Below, piece by piece: positions 40,893-54,092 of a stretch of 64,000 bases of DNA. The stretch is from Octopus vulgaris. Its lineage: Eukaryota. Made by a program: the position numbers and the translations under genes. The stretch covers positions 23,560,001-23,624,000 of the forward strand of contig OX597825.1 in assembly GCA_951406725.2 (NCBI GenBank), given 5' to 3'. The notes below the pieces were generated by a model. The model saw only the letters and a program-made list of their open reading frames with translations, made no database searches and had not been told where the DNA came from. Each line of letters begins with the position of its first letter. The stretch's first letter is position 1.

Positions 40893-41147
40893 TCAAAATA
40901 AGCAACAAGAATGACTCCGGTAATTTGGTACGATCGTTTCGTACTACATCATTTTATTAAATGTTGTAAGTAATACAACATTTAATAATATGATGTAGTA
41001 CGAAACGATCGTACCAAATTACCGGAGTCATTCTTGTTGCTTATTTTGATTATAATCACCCCACGGATTTTTATGGATAACACCATACAGAATTCTGGTG
41101 CATATAAATCAAGTACCATATTCATTTGAATCTAAATTTTTGATGAA

Positions 41148-41150
<3 letters not shown>
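40893..41150 (+). mobile_element. Family P1 pLTR fragment with an inverted 5' copy forming a 157-bp hairpin (40893-41049)
   Basis: 76-bp arms, 1 mismatch, 5-nt loop; homologous to 5690-5858; (TA)n on both sides. Confidence 0.85.
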
Positions 41151-41204
<54 letters not shown>

Positions 41205-42487
41205 GAGGTACCTCGCAGGTGAAATGCTGCACAAACAATTGTGGTGCACCATAGGTGTAGATGTGTCTCTGAATGTAGACGAACCTTAACCATAATATTT
41301 GAAAATTGATGTGTGACTATCTGAAAAGTGAAAGGTGGATTTATGCTTCTCATAACGGTTTTTAGAGGATCAAAATGATATAACAGTCCATCAGTTCAAC
41401 TAATTTTATTATTTGTTTCTTATATTATCTGAGTAACCAGCTTTTCCATTTACACAGGGAGCAACCAGACGAGAAATTGGTAGATCTTATCCAGTTCTTG
41501 ACACAGAAATGTTGACAGTAATGAATAGCGGACTCTTGTGTATAGTAAATATTTCTCAACGTATTACAGGAAAATCACTACCTATCTGTCAACTTTACTT
41601 AACTCTCAATGGTCGAGTTCATTTGACTTTATTAGAATGTGCTGGGCGCCTAATACGTATTTTATAATACTGGGTACTGTTGAGTCTGAGAGACGTAAAG
41701 ATATAATTCATTGCTGTAAAGGTGAACAAGAGTGCAGTAAAACTAGCGAGTGGTTCGCTGATGTGCAACACAGCTGTTCAATTCATCTTTCGGTTAAGTT
41801 CGATTGTTACACTTTGTCTTCCTCTCCAGAGGTAAACATGAATTATACACATAATCGTGTGATAAAAAGTAACAGCGTATTACTTGATGACAGCTCGTTA
41901 ACAAATTCTAAGTGTGAGGGTGGGCTAGCAAGATAAAGTGGACCATTAAATGTTTGAATTCATTGGAGTGACATAAAGTGATGAAATAGATACCATAAAA
42001 CATATGATGATAGCTTTCTGCTCTTACCGCTATCTTTATTATCGTTTTGTATTAATACATATCACAGTTAGTTTCATTATAGATAAAATGCCTTCTTTCT
42101 ATAGTCAGCGGGTTATTGGAGAATTTGACTGCGAGCTAAATATCGTATAATCATTAAAAGTGGAAACTTAGCCGAGTCTTTCAATCTCACTTCCTTTCTC
42201 TTCCCAGGAATTCATTGTATTTCGTGATGCTGGGCTTTCAAGTATATGCAGGTGGTTGATCAACTTATCAAATTCTAGCTATTAATTCTTCGAAAGTGAA
42301 ACGATATTTTTATCTATTTCTGTCAATTAAATATTTACGTTGGTGCAAAAGGAAGTAGGAAGAAGTTTGTGCTTCCTACTAAACTTCCAGGCTTGAAAAA
42401 TTAGTTTTCCAATTTCAACTCTCATCTGCAACTCTGGATTTCTTTCAGTAATGTCTGAATATTATTATTATTATTAATGAAGTAGAC

Positions 42488-43105
42488 AGCGGCGAGCTGG
42501 CAGGAACGTTAGCACGCCGGGCGAAATGCTTAGCGGTATTTCGTCTGCCGTTACGTTCTGAGTTCAAATTTCGCCGAGGTCGACTTTGCCTTTCATCCTT
42601 TCGGGGTCGATTAAATAAGTACCAGTTACACACTGGGGTCGATATAATCAACTTAATCCGTTTGTCTGTCCTTGTTTGTCCTCTCTGTGTTTAGCCCCTT
42701 GTGGGTAGTAAAGAAATAGGTATATCGTCTGCCGCTACGTTCTGAGTTCAAATTCCGCTGAAGTCGAGTTTGCCTTTCATCCTTTCGGGGTCGATAAATT
42801 AAGCACCAGTAACGCACCGGGGTCGATGTAATCGACTTAATCTCTTTGTCTGTCCTTGTTTGTCCCCTCTATGTTTAGCCCTTTGTGGACAATAAAGAAA
42901 TAAGAATCGTTAGTACGCCGGACAAAGTGCTTAGCTGTATTTCATTTGTTTTTACGCTCTAAGTTCAAATTTCGCGGTGTTGACTTTGCCTTTCATCCTT
43001 CCGAGGACACTAAAATAAGTATTAGTTTAGCACTGGCGTTGATGTAATTGCCTAATCCCTTCCCTTCAAACTTCTGGCCTTGTGTAAAAATTTGAAACCC
43101 ATATT
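42488..43105 (+). mobile_element. SINE family B tandem trimer
   Basis: Three head-to-tail units; the last has the alternative tail. Confidence 0.9.
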
Positions 43106-43306
43106 AGTTGGTGCTATCTCTTTAAAGATGTTTCGATCAGATGATATATTGGCTACGAGCGGGATGGAATGGGATTCGTTGCTTTTTGATTGCACTCTTT
43201 GGATGTAAAGTCGCTTGTTTAATTAAATTCGTTATTTGTTAATGTCACATTGTAGGATTGGCCGCTCTGTGGAATGGCTTTTTGTCTGAAGATATATAAC
43301 CGTGTC

Positions 43307-43565
43307 CAGAACGTAACAGCAGAGGAAATACCTATTTCTTTACTACCCACAAGAGGCTAAACACAGAGAGGACAAACAAGGACGGACAAACGGATTAAGT
43401 TGATTATATCGACCCCAGTGCGTAACTGGTAGTTATTTAATCGACCCCGAAAGGATGAAAGGCAAAGTCGACCTCGGCGGAATTTGAACTCAAAACGTAG
43501 CGGCAGACGAAATACCGCTAAGCATTTCGCCCGGCGTACTAACGATTCTGCCAGTTTGCCACCTT
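43307..43565 (-). mobile_element. SINE family B
   Basis: Full unit plus start of the next. Confidence 0.9.
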
Positions 43566-43793
43566 AGCTCTAAGCAGGTAATTTCTATAAATCATTTCCA
43601 AACATTTCCGCACCGGCAAGAGTCTGCACAAGCTTCGCAAAAGGAATTAGCATTGGTAATTATCCCAAGTTGTAATTATAGTAATCGACAACTAGTAATT
43701 GTGAACCTTATGGTTATAAACCATCATATCCCACTATAGAGGCATGCAGTTACCGGATATCCATTAATAATTACAGAGAAGAGAATGTTGAAG

Positions 43794-44014
43794 TATCCAG
43801 TTTGTGCTGAAAAGTTCCTGGCTTTAGGTAAAAGAAAATACAGGAGAATCAGTTAATTATTATTTTATTCAACAAATTCCTCTCTCGGATTCATAGACCT
43901 ATTGCAGCAATCCTTCAGTTTTTCTAAGCCCTGTAAAAGAACTCGGAAAGTTGAGTCTCTAGCCACGCTTTTCGTGATACCCTGAAAGCCAGAAACATAT
44001 CAGCCCTTTCCCGT
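43794..44014. mobile_element. Mariner-type MITE
   Basis: Imperfect TIRs GCTGAAAAGTTCCTGGCTTT / AAAGCCAGAAACATATCAGC; TA ends. Confidence 0.65.
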
Positions 44015-44096
44015 ACAACAAAGCCACACAACCAAGTTGAAACAAATTGTGAATCATATTACTGTTGGTTCTCGTTTAGACGTCGTTTGTAATAAA

Positions 44097-44493
44097 TCTT
44101 TGTATATAAAAGAGAAGTTGTGTGTCTGTCTCCTACGATTTAGATTCCTAACTACTCCTACATTTTGCGGTGCAGTTTAACCAAAAGCGGGTATCTTATA
44201 GTCGTGATTCATATCGATCCCTTCTGGGTATTAGCGCGCGTCTACGATGAGTCTACGATTTTAAAAATAATTTACCATCATTTTTTTCCATTTTAATGCA
44301 TTTTTTCGCTATTATATAAGGGAAGTAACTCTCTAAAAATGTCTACGATGAGTCAATGATTTAAAAAAAAAATTTACCATAATTTTTTTTCCATTTTTAA
44401 TGCATTTTTTGCTATTTTTTGGCTATAACTCTCTAAAAATGCTTTATAGTTATTTCCCTTACAAACCCGAGCAACGCCGGGCGATACTCCTAG
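44097..44493 (+). mobile_element. Helitron H1, copy 4
   Basis: A|TCTTTGTATATAAAAG...CCCGAGCAACGCCGGG..CTAG|T. Confidence 0.9.
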
Positions 44494-44559
44494 TATGATA
44501 TAAAATTGTGTTAATATTGAAAACAGCTCCTTTAGCAAACTGATCTTAATTTCCTCGAT

Positions 44560-45175
44560 CAACTTTGAGAATACGCCAAATCATACATAGGAATGTGCGA
44601 ATGACTCTTTAAGAGCCGCAATGCGAACCACAAATCCACCATTGAATTCACTGATACAGACGTACTAATTTTCAAATATTATGATTTATGTTAGCCTACA
44701 GCAACACATATAACACCAGAATAACTATTTCTGACGTCTGTTGTGTGGAGAAGTTCTGAATATTAACCAAAGTCATAATAGCATTCTAAACAGAAAATTA
44801 GAACAACTGTCCAAGTATCGCCATGAAAATAAATTTTATCATATTACAACTCCACCACCACCACCACCACCACCACGACCACCACCACCACCACCACCAA
44901 AACCACCACCACCACCACCACCACCACCACCACCACCACCACCACCACCACCACCACCACCACCACCACCACCACCACGACTATCACCACCGCCATCACT
45001 AAGCCAATTTATCTGTGACACATAAATCACCATGTTGCTAAACTTCATCAACGCACGAACCAGAACGTCCAAAACAAGTCGTCCCAATCCTGCTGTTTAT
45101 CTGATCGTATCGATCAATAACCATCCTTGTCCATCGATTGTCTCCGAGTATGGAACTCCGAGTAATGAATGAGAT
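44560..45175 (+). mobile_element. Penelope-like element 3' part: decayed GIY-YIG endonuclease, (CCA)n expansion, degenerate hammerhead
   Basis: KSYIGMCE*LFKSRNANHKS and ILNRKLEQLSKYRHENKF (Penelope endonuclease C-terminal motif); TTTAT-CTGATCG...GGAA-CT-CCG-AG-TA-ATGAA at 45096-45169. Confidence 0.7.
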
Positions 45176-45386
45176 ATCAGGTGACATGAGTGAATAGACT
45201 CAATAAATTTTCTCTTCAATCAATTTGTGTAAAAGTTATTTTGTAAGTAGGAATATAATATACAAATACAATCTGTAACGCTTGTATGTATACATACACA
45301 CATCTGTCTGTCCGTCTCTGTCTGTCTGTCTGTCTGTCTGTCTGCCTGTCTGTCTGTCTGTCTGTCTCTCTTTCTTTCTCTCTCTC

Positions 45387-45429
<43 letters not shown>

Positions 45430-45494
45430 CACACAATCACATATGTGTAATTCTGTGTCAATTTTGTCTAGAAACACACATACAAAAACATGTG

Positions 45495-45642
<148 letters not shown>

Positions 45643-46984
45643 TATATATATATATATATTTATATTTATATGTGTAATATTACATAATATATAGACTAAA
45701 AAATCAATAAATGTAATGTAATAAATAATATTCATATACTTGTTTATATACATTAAATATATAGATAGAACAAAAACAGCAAAGTGAAAAGGTCTGTCTG
45801 TCGATTTTATTTTCCTTTTCCCTCGTGGCTTGTCTATAATTGTCCGCACTCGAATTAAATATCTAATATTTATCTCGCTTTTTTTTAATATCGAATAGAG
45901 AATGAATGATATATTTTGCTGTCATATTTATAATTTGATGTTACCAATTACGTCTTGTATCTGAATCGATTGCCTGATTTTGTTACCAACTAATTTATTG
46001 TTGTGCAACTTAGTAAGGCCCTTCTCGAGAAATAAAATAACGCAAAATGTAATGAAAATATATGAAAAAATAAATAGAAATACGAATTTAAAATTGATCA
46101 TATTTATTATTTATTTTATCGTTTTACTCTCTTCTGTAGCTCAATGTATAAATTATTCAGCGTTGGATGAATTTGAAAGCATACAAAAAAAAATGGAGGT
46201 TACTTTCTGCAAGAAGAAAATATAGTTAACTGTAGACTAATGTGTACCATAGTGAGTAACAGATAATGTTAATCGTTTTAAAATATATCATAATGAAAAA
46301 GAATGTCATGAATTTTAATGACAAGTCTTCTGTAAATAGGAAAGGGAAACAACTCCAGAATTCAAACTGATTACAAATTAAATGGAGAACGATCGCACGT
46401 TTTTAGTATTTCGTAATGTTTCTTTCCATTCTGTGTTCAGGTTACGCATGCGCTCACTTGCTCCGATCATGATAAAAACAAAATCATAGAAACGAACTTT
46501 TTTTTCGAACAACGAAAAAAACAAACAAACAGAGAAACGAGACATACTACATAAAGAATATTCCCCCTTTTCAGTTATCTCTGTTTCAACTACTCCACGT
46601 TTCGAAGGCAAAGACAAGACGTGACTTCGTTGTAATAGTCCTTCCCGCAAAGCAAATTAAATAAAATTTGAGATTTTTTGCGGAGGGTGAAAGTGGTAAC
46701 AAGAACAGGACGGTGAGAACAAAAGAGTAAAAACAGTAAAAGACAGAACAATGAGAACAAAACAGTAAAAACATACAGTGAGGGCTGTTAAGTCGACACT
46801 CAAAGGTGTCAGATAATGCTGAGTAAGTGCTATGGACAAACTATAGTTAAGCTCTAGGTTCGGTGATTATGCGAATGAGGAGTCCAACGTAGGTCATGTA
46901 TTAGCATGCATATATATGAAAAATTAAAAGAATTAGATAAAAATCCAAGGCTGTGAAAGATTTCAGAACATTTATAAAGAGAAG

Positions 46985-47032
46985 GTCTTACAGCTGTTTC
47001 CAGGATATTTTATATATCTCTTCATCGGAGAC
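46985..47032 (-). ncRNA. Minimal hammerhead motif with U4>C core change, in a short pLTR-like fragment
   Basis: GTCT-CCGATGAA-GAGATA..TATCCTG-GAAA-C-AGCT-GTA-AGAC. Confidence 0.55.
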
Positions 47033-47654
47033 GGTATTCATAAACTTTCGCACACATGCATATGCATGCATACATGCATAAACACATATACCTACATATG
47101 CATGCGCTCACACACAAATGCCCAATTCATAGCGATTATATGGGACATATACTCGGCTGCACTACCATGAGCTCACACACACATAGAAATGCATTAAGAA
47201 ACGCACACATCCATGAATGAACAAATACGTGTGCGTGTGTAGACGAACACTTGTATAAACAAGGGATGTACGAAGCTAAACGCATACAGTTATTCAAAGC
47301 GTTGAATTATACAATACTTGAATACATCAAAGGCATAGATATATGAATATTAAACGACTCGATTGTTTAGTCACTGTATAAATTTATTGTTAAATATTTA
47401 AAACATATAATGTAACATACATAAAAATTATGCGAAATTAATGTAAAAATGATTTAATAATTATTGATCAAAAATTAGAAAGATTATTAAATTTAGTGTC
47501 ATAAAAATTCTACACGTGTATTTAAAATATGTGATATACACCATTGTTTAAATAAATGAATATTAGCGGTATGCAAATGCTTTGATAATTGTTGTGTGGT
47601 GGTAGTATGAGAAGATAGGAATAAGTGAACGCAGTGATATATAATGTTTTCTGT

Positions 47655-48450
47655 TCTAGGCACAAGGTCCGAATTTTTTTGTGTGTATGTGGGGCAGTAG
47701 AGAAGATCGACCCTAATACGTAATTGGTACTTAACTTATCGACTCCGAAAAGATGAAAGGCAAAGTCGACCTCGGCGGAATTTGAACTCAGAACGTTTCT
47801 TATTTCTTTATTGCCCACAAGGGGCTAAACTCAGAGGGGGACAAACAAGGACAGACAAACGGATAAAGTCGATTATATCGACCTCAGTACACAACTGGTA
47901 CTTAATTTATCGACCCCGAAAGGATAAAAGGCAAAGTCGACCTTGGCGGAATGTGAACTCAGACAGAAGAAATACCTATTTCTTTACGACCCACAAGGGG
48001 CTAAACACAGAGAGGACAAACAAGGACAGACAAACGGATTAAGTCGATTATATCGACCTAGTACACAACTGGTACTTAATTTATCGACCCCGAAAGGATG
48101 AAGGGCAAAGTCGACCTCGACGGAATTTGAACTCAGAACGTAACGGCAGACGAAATACCGCAAAGCATTTTGCCCGGCGTGCTAATGTTTTTGCCAGCGC
48201 ACCGCCTTAACGAAATACCTGTTTCTTTACTACCCACAAGGGGCTAAACACAGAGAGGACAAACAAGGACAGACAAACGGGTTAAGTCGATTACATCGAC
48301 CCCAGTGCGTAACTAGTACTTAATTTATCGACTCCGAGAAGATGAAAGGCAAAGTCGAGCTCGGCGGAATTTGAAATCAGAACCTAACGGCAGACGAAAT
48401 ACAGCTTAGCATTTCGCCCGGTGTGCTAACCTTTCTGCCAGATTGCTGCC
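47655..48450 (-). mobile_element. SINE family B tandem array (about 4 units)
   Basis: Repeated core; heads at about 48208 and 48450. Confidence 0.9.
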
Positions 48451-48564
48451 TTTCCTGTGAGTTATAATTATAAAGGAAAAGTGCATTTTGGAGGAAAATA
48501 TTTTGGTTTGAGGCTGTATAATGCAGATTGTGTGTTGGGACTATAATCTTTGCTCTTCCTCTCA

Positions 48565-48937
48565 TGGTTTCTGCCATTAGGCTGCGGCAATGCTGAAACA
48601 CCGAACGAATCAACTCCAGTATTTGTTTATTTTAAGCCTGGTACTTATTCTATCAGTCTGTTTTGCCGAACCGCTATGTCACAGGGACATAAGCACACCA
48701 ACAATAAACGGTAGTTGGGGGACAATCAAACACATAGATACACGCGGGCGTGCGCACACACACATTCATATCTATATTCGACAGGCTTCGGTTTTCGTCA
48801 ATCAAATCCACACACAAGGCTTTGGTCGGCTCCAGGCTGTAGTTGATGAAACTTGCCGATGGTACGACACAGTGGGACTGAACCGGGATCGATGTTTGTT
48901 GGGAAGCAAACTTCTTACTACGAAGCCACGCCTGCGC
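48565..48937 (-). mobile_element. Diverged SINE family A
   Basis: Colinear with the consensus. Confidence 0.75.
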
Positions 48938-49589
48938 TTATAATTGAACTTTTGAGGGATAGACCCTCAAGTTGATTTCATGTGAGAAAAAAGTGTTGGA
49001 ATTTTTAGGGTGCAATATATTTTTGATCGAGGCTTGGCATATGTATATTTTATCTTCTAGGAAAGAATAGGAGGGATTGTACAGCAAGTAATAAGTGATT
49101 GCATATTGTCTAAGGGAGCAGGTTGAGAATACCATGTGGAACTATCTGGATATGTGATGTTTTGTTGATATCAGTCTCAGATGGCTTTCGATAGGTACTT
49201 GGGACTTCATATTCTGAGTTCAAATCCCGCCGAGATCAACTTTGCCTTTCATCTTTTCGAGGCCAATAAAATAAGTACCAGTCATGCACTGGGGTCGATT
49301 TAAGCGATTTACTCTCGGTCTCGAAATTGTTGGCATTGTGTCAAAGTACTCATACAAAAGGAGATCAGTTCGAATTTAAAGTTCTTGGTTGTTCGACATG
49401 GATCAGTATAGTTCCAGCACACAGGTTGCAATTCCCATATCTTTCTAATGCTTTCGCCTGTTCTATAATTCCTACCCTTCTATCATGGTTGATTCCTTTC
49501 TAAATAACTTCAATCAATTCTTGTGATATTTCCGAAAGTGTTCAACTATTATAGGTAGAATATGTGTTTGAATGTCTTTCCGTTTCAAT

Positions 49590-50197
49590 CAGTGGTTCTC
49601 AACCAGAGGCCGTATGACTCGTGCAAGGTCGATATAAGATTTTGGAGTGTCTACGCAAACAAAAGTGGAGGCGCGTGGCTTAGTGGTTAGGATGTCAGCA
49701 TCATGATCGTAAGATTGTGGTTTCGATTCCTGGACCGGGCGACGCGTTGTGTTCTTTTGCCAGCCACTCAGCTGGCAAAAATGAGGCAAAAATGAGGAAC
49801 GCTGCGATGGACTGGCATCCCGTCCAGCTGGGGAACACATACGCCAAAGGAACCAGAAAGCTGGGCCCATGAGCCTGGCTAGGCTTTAAAAGGGCGCATT
49901 TATTAATTTTTTTTACGCAAACAAAATTGTAAATTGGAGATTCACAGCAGGGCCCATGCAAAGATTCTGTTTCACATATTTACTGGAAGCAACAACTGGG
50001 TTTCTCCCGCCACTGAAACATGTTCTCTCAGAGAGTTGCATTGTAAACCTACATAAGTGAAAGGGTGAAATACAAAATAGGAATTTTGATAGAAGTCTCT
50101 ATGAAACATATTTTAAACATCGGATGGCTACGGTGGTTGTCCAGAATAAAATTAGAATCAAAAGGGTCCATAGGTAAAAAACGGTTGAGAACAACTA
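49590..50197. mobile_element. hAT (Charlie-like) MITE
   Basis: TIRs CAGTGGTTCTCAACC / GGTTGAGAACAACTA; imperfect 8-bp TSD GTTTCAAT / GTTTAGAT. Confidence 0.75.
49665..49913 (+). mobile_element. SINE family C nested in the hAT MITE
   Basis: 13-bp TSD TACGCAAACAAAA (49652-49664, 49914-49926); A box TGGCTTAGTGG, B box GGTTTCGATTCC. Confidence 0.92.
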
Positions 50198-50674
50198 GTT
50201 TAGATATAAGAATAGGATGTGCTATTGTTGTCACTGAAGACATTGACCGTTAAAGTAGTTTCATATCAGAAGAGTATTGTATTATTAGAGTGTTACAGAT
50301 TTTTGGTCAAAGTTTGGAATAATAATTTCAAGTTAGTTGCACTGCTGAAAGTTCGTTTACTGCTTGTTAAATATTTTATGGTATCTCTGGTTGTGGAGAT
50401 ATTTTTGTATCAAAGGGAAAAATTAATGACGAGGTTTGTGCGAGCATTGAAATTGAAAAGCGAGTGTTTAAGCCATAGCTTTAAATAGTTCATGGAATTT
50501 CGGGCTTCATTTTGTATTTGTTGCATATTGGTTTTTATCCACGAATTCGCTTAAGGGTCAGTACATCGTTGTAATATTAAATTCTCAGGTGAAATATTAA
50601 GACGTTTTTAGAAAAGACTACAAGTGCATGCTAATATTCTTGCTAGATTTTTTAGTAAAAGAGGTAGGTATTTA

Positions 50675-51241
50675 TTGGATTCTCCGGAAAGTTCCTGCCG
50701 ATTTCTAAAGGAAAGAAAGAGGTCAATAAATACTTGCCATTACATTTTTAATCAACCAAATATGAACCATTTTGTTGCACAATGCGTCTCCATCGTTACT
50801 TTAACTTGAAAATACCCTCTTTCCAGAAATTGAGGTGGTTTCATGGCAAAGAATTCATCAAAGTATCTTTTTACGTCGTCCAATGAATTGAAATTTTTAC
50901 CATTAAGACTATTCTGCAGAGACCTGAATAAGTGGAAATCCGAAGGAGCAATATCTGGTGAATATGGAGGGTGGGGTAACACATCCCAGCCGAGCTGCAA
51001 CAATTTTTGTCTGGTTCCCAAAGTATCAAGTACCGAAAATGAACTTTCTTATCTTCTATTTTAAAGGGTTAAAGAATTAACACAGGTTATAAGAACATAA
51101 ACCTTCTTCCACGAAAAGATAGCTTAAACTGTGCTCTAAATACAGGTGTAGTCAAATCCTATTTTATAGACTCAACCATGTTCTAAAATAAGTCGAAAGG
51201 TAAGCTACTATAAATCGGCACAAACTTTCCGGACAACCCAA
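50675..51241 (-). mobile_element. Internally deleted mariner with transposase C-terminus (50761-51021)
   Basis: LGWDVLPHPPYSPDIAPSDFHLFRSLQN; TIRs TTGG(G/A)TT(G/C)TCCGGAAAGTT..TGCCGATTT; TA on both sides. Confidence 0.92.
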
Positions 51242-52186
51242 TAGAATTGTATTAATGCATGGTTGCTTTTGGTCGGCTTTACTGAATGTGCAGTAGTTTT
51301 TACTGGCTATGGTATTGAATGAAGTAAATTGTTTTAAGCATTGTCTATTATTGTCTATTATTGCATTTAGACATAATTTATTAATGTTGTCATTGTGGTC
51401 ATTCCGAAAGTTGTTTTACAGTTGTCGTTGGTGGATTGTGATATAAGTTCAACCTCACTCTTTAGACCAGGTTGCAAGTTACTGAATATTCTAAGTAATG
51501 TGTGAGACACGTGCAATCCTATGGTCTCATATCGGAATCTTTGCTCCTCATTAGTTTGATAAATCGGATGTAGACCTTCATTTATATCCATGGGACTTCG
51601 ACAAAGAACAACACAGATTGTCGTGTATGCATGGTAGTATTGTGTTTTTGTTCGCTAGTTGCAATCAAGTTACTTTTGGCAAAAGTGAATACATTTAAAT
51701 CTAAAAGTTTACTTACTGGGAAGTAGATAGCCCGCACCCCCCCATCACAAATTGTGAAGGGATAAGCGTATTACTGTTTCCTACATTTGCAGCAATTTTG
51801 TCTAGGATCATTTCACATATTCTTCAAATTCCTGTTTATTTTCCTACCTTACCTAACATTGTTTAACACTTTCATTCATGCATTTCCAACCAGTCATAAT
51901 GTCATCCACTATATGTTTTTGACTAAAGTCGACTCCAACACCGGAGTAAACTTCTTGTAAGCATGAAGGCACGCTGGCAAAACGCGGCTCCTCTACAAAA
52001 CGCTGCCCCTACTTGTCATCGTGATTTTGTGGTACGAATTAAAGCAGGCCTTGCCGTCCTGTTCCCTTTGCCAAAAGGTTTGCAAAGCACCAGTAGGCCT
52101 CAAAAAAACTCATTCGTGTCTATAGAACATGATTACCGCTTTATTATACTAAATCTCATTTGCCGTTCAAGACGCAAAGAATCCAT

Positions 52187-52953
52187 GTTGGACCGCTCGT
52201 GTTTTTGACGCCCGAATCGATCTAATTAATTGCATTTCTGACAAACTCTACCGAAGATTTATGGATGCAAGTGTAAGTAAAACTACATATTGCATTAGTA
52301 ATGAAACAATTGTATAGAGTCAATCTATTTTATTCGTTGTATTTCACTTTCCTTCAGTTAAATGTGTGTTGATTCTACTTGGAAACGGATCTTCTGTGGT
52401 TGCTTCGGAGCTATTTTTAGCACTAGAGTTATCCACATAGTGGATAACTCTCTAATAATTTATGTATAAATTAGTATTTTCTCCGTAGTTTTTTGTGCTA
52501 AGCCACTTGGTGTTAAATTGACGGTATTATTAAATTAATATCGATTTTTCACCCTCATTTATAATTTTATAAATTTAACCATGCGGCAGTTAATATTTTA
52601 TTTGATGCGGCATACGTTTCCAATGGAGTCTAGGCATGCTTTTGGCGCGGAATTTGAGACATAACTAAAAATGTAATTGGTTGGACCGCTCGTGTTTTTG
52701 ACGCCCGAATCGATCTAATTAATTGCATTTCTGACAAACTCTACCGAAGATTTATGGATGCAAGTGTAAGTAAAACTACATATTGCATTAGTAATGAAAC
52801 AATTGTATAGAGACAATCTATTTTATTCGTTGTATTTCATTTTCCTTCAGTTAAATGTGTGTTGATTCTAGTTGGAAACGGATCTTCTGTGGTTGCTTCG
52901 GAGCTATTTTTAGCACTAGAGTTATCCACATAGTGGATAACTCTCTAATAATT

Positions 52954-52961
<8 letters not shown>
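52187..52961 (+). repeat. Two near-identical 282-bp direct repeats (52187-52468, 52680-52961), each ending in a 12-bp hairpin
   Basis: About 3 differences; AGAGTTATCCAC-ATA-GTGGATAACTCT. Confidence 0.92.
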
Positions 52962-52991
<30 letters not shown>

Positions 52992-53371
52992 TATATAAGG
53001 GGGTTTGTATGATTGTGTATAGAGAGAAATATATATCATTCAAAGGAATTCCAACTCTGTTTTTTATGTCTTATTTATATTCTTTATAATATTAATGTAG
53101 AGTATAGAATATATAGTATAAATAGTATATATAGTGTAAAATGAAATGAAGTATTGATTGTCTTATTGAATAGATGAGATATTGAATATCAAATATTAAG
53201 GGACTAGTATACTTTCTTGCATTTAAGCAGTCTTCAAGGCCCCAGGTTGTGACATGAGTCACACATCACACATACATACACACATACCGTGTTATACAAG
53301 ACAGACATACAGACACACACATACACACACAGAAATATGTGGTACATGTACGTGTGTGTGTGTGTGTGTGC

Positions 53372-53417
<46 letters not shown>

Positions 53418-54092
53418 AATAATGTAGACGGGAATTAAGCACTAAATTCACTGCAGATTTATATAATTTTGCCGGTGATCTGTACGGCCACGCCAAGTAC
53501 TCAGAATTTTCGAAAGAAATACTTTATGGCGCTATAATTTTTTAATCGTGTAAAAGTTGATACCTCTCAAAGCGATAATTTACGTCATTCTGGCTATTAA
53601 TATGAATCGTTATACTCATCGCAAATTAACGTTGTTAAATGTAACTATAAGAAAAAAAAAATAATGGGGGAAATTATCTCAAAAACCTTAGAAAAATTTT
53701 GATTACGGTTCAAGTTTAATTAATAAGTTAGCTGGGATGTGAAAGTAATTAAAGAAAGCAAAACCGTTTGGCTGTGGTGCATTCAAGAATGAGATTTATC
53801 ATTATATTCTTTGTTTTGTTCTGCTTCAATAACTAATTAAATTGCATTTCAGTAGAAAATTGTGGAAAAATACGATTTATTATATTAATTCTAGAAAAAA
53901 AAAGGAGAAAAGAAAAATGAACAAAAAATGTGTAACAAAGCATAAATACATGCATGCAATTTTACGGTATAATGATGGTCTGCCTGTATGTTCTCTTCTG
54001 GTTTTAATTATTTGGATTCTTCCTCTGAAGAAAAACGGATTGTTTCTAAAACTGATACCAAGATTGGTATATACTATATATACGTATATGTA

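Larger units (their letters stand above)
48950..52100 (-). pseudogene. Highly decayed BEL/Pao-like pol relic, split by younger insertions
   Basis: Ordered on the minus strand: HIVDDIMTG (about 51900; YVDD-like), IGLHVS..EVELISQS (RNase H-like), IIVEHF..CNLC (about 49420-49550), VFSTC..SFLE..NSNTF (integrase-like). Confidence 0.4.

Noticed and set aside
52429-52448. DnaA-box-like TTATCCACA in inverted arrangement
   Set aside because: Animal repeat context with no bacterial genes; it is just part of the hairpin
52187-52961. Direct repeats as the LTRs of a TRIM
   Set aside because: No TG..CA ends on both copies and no PBS, PPT or TSD
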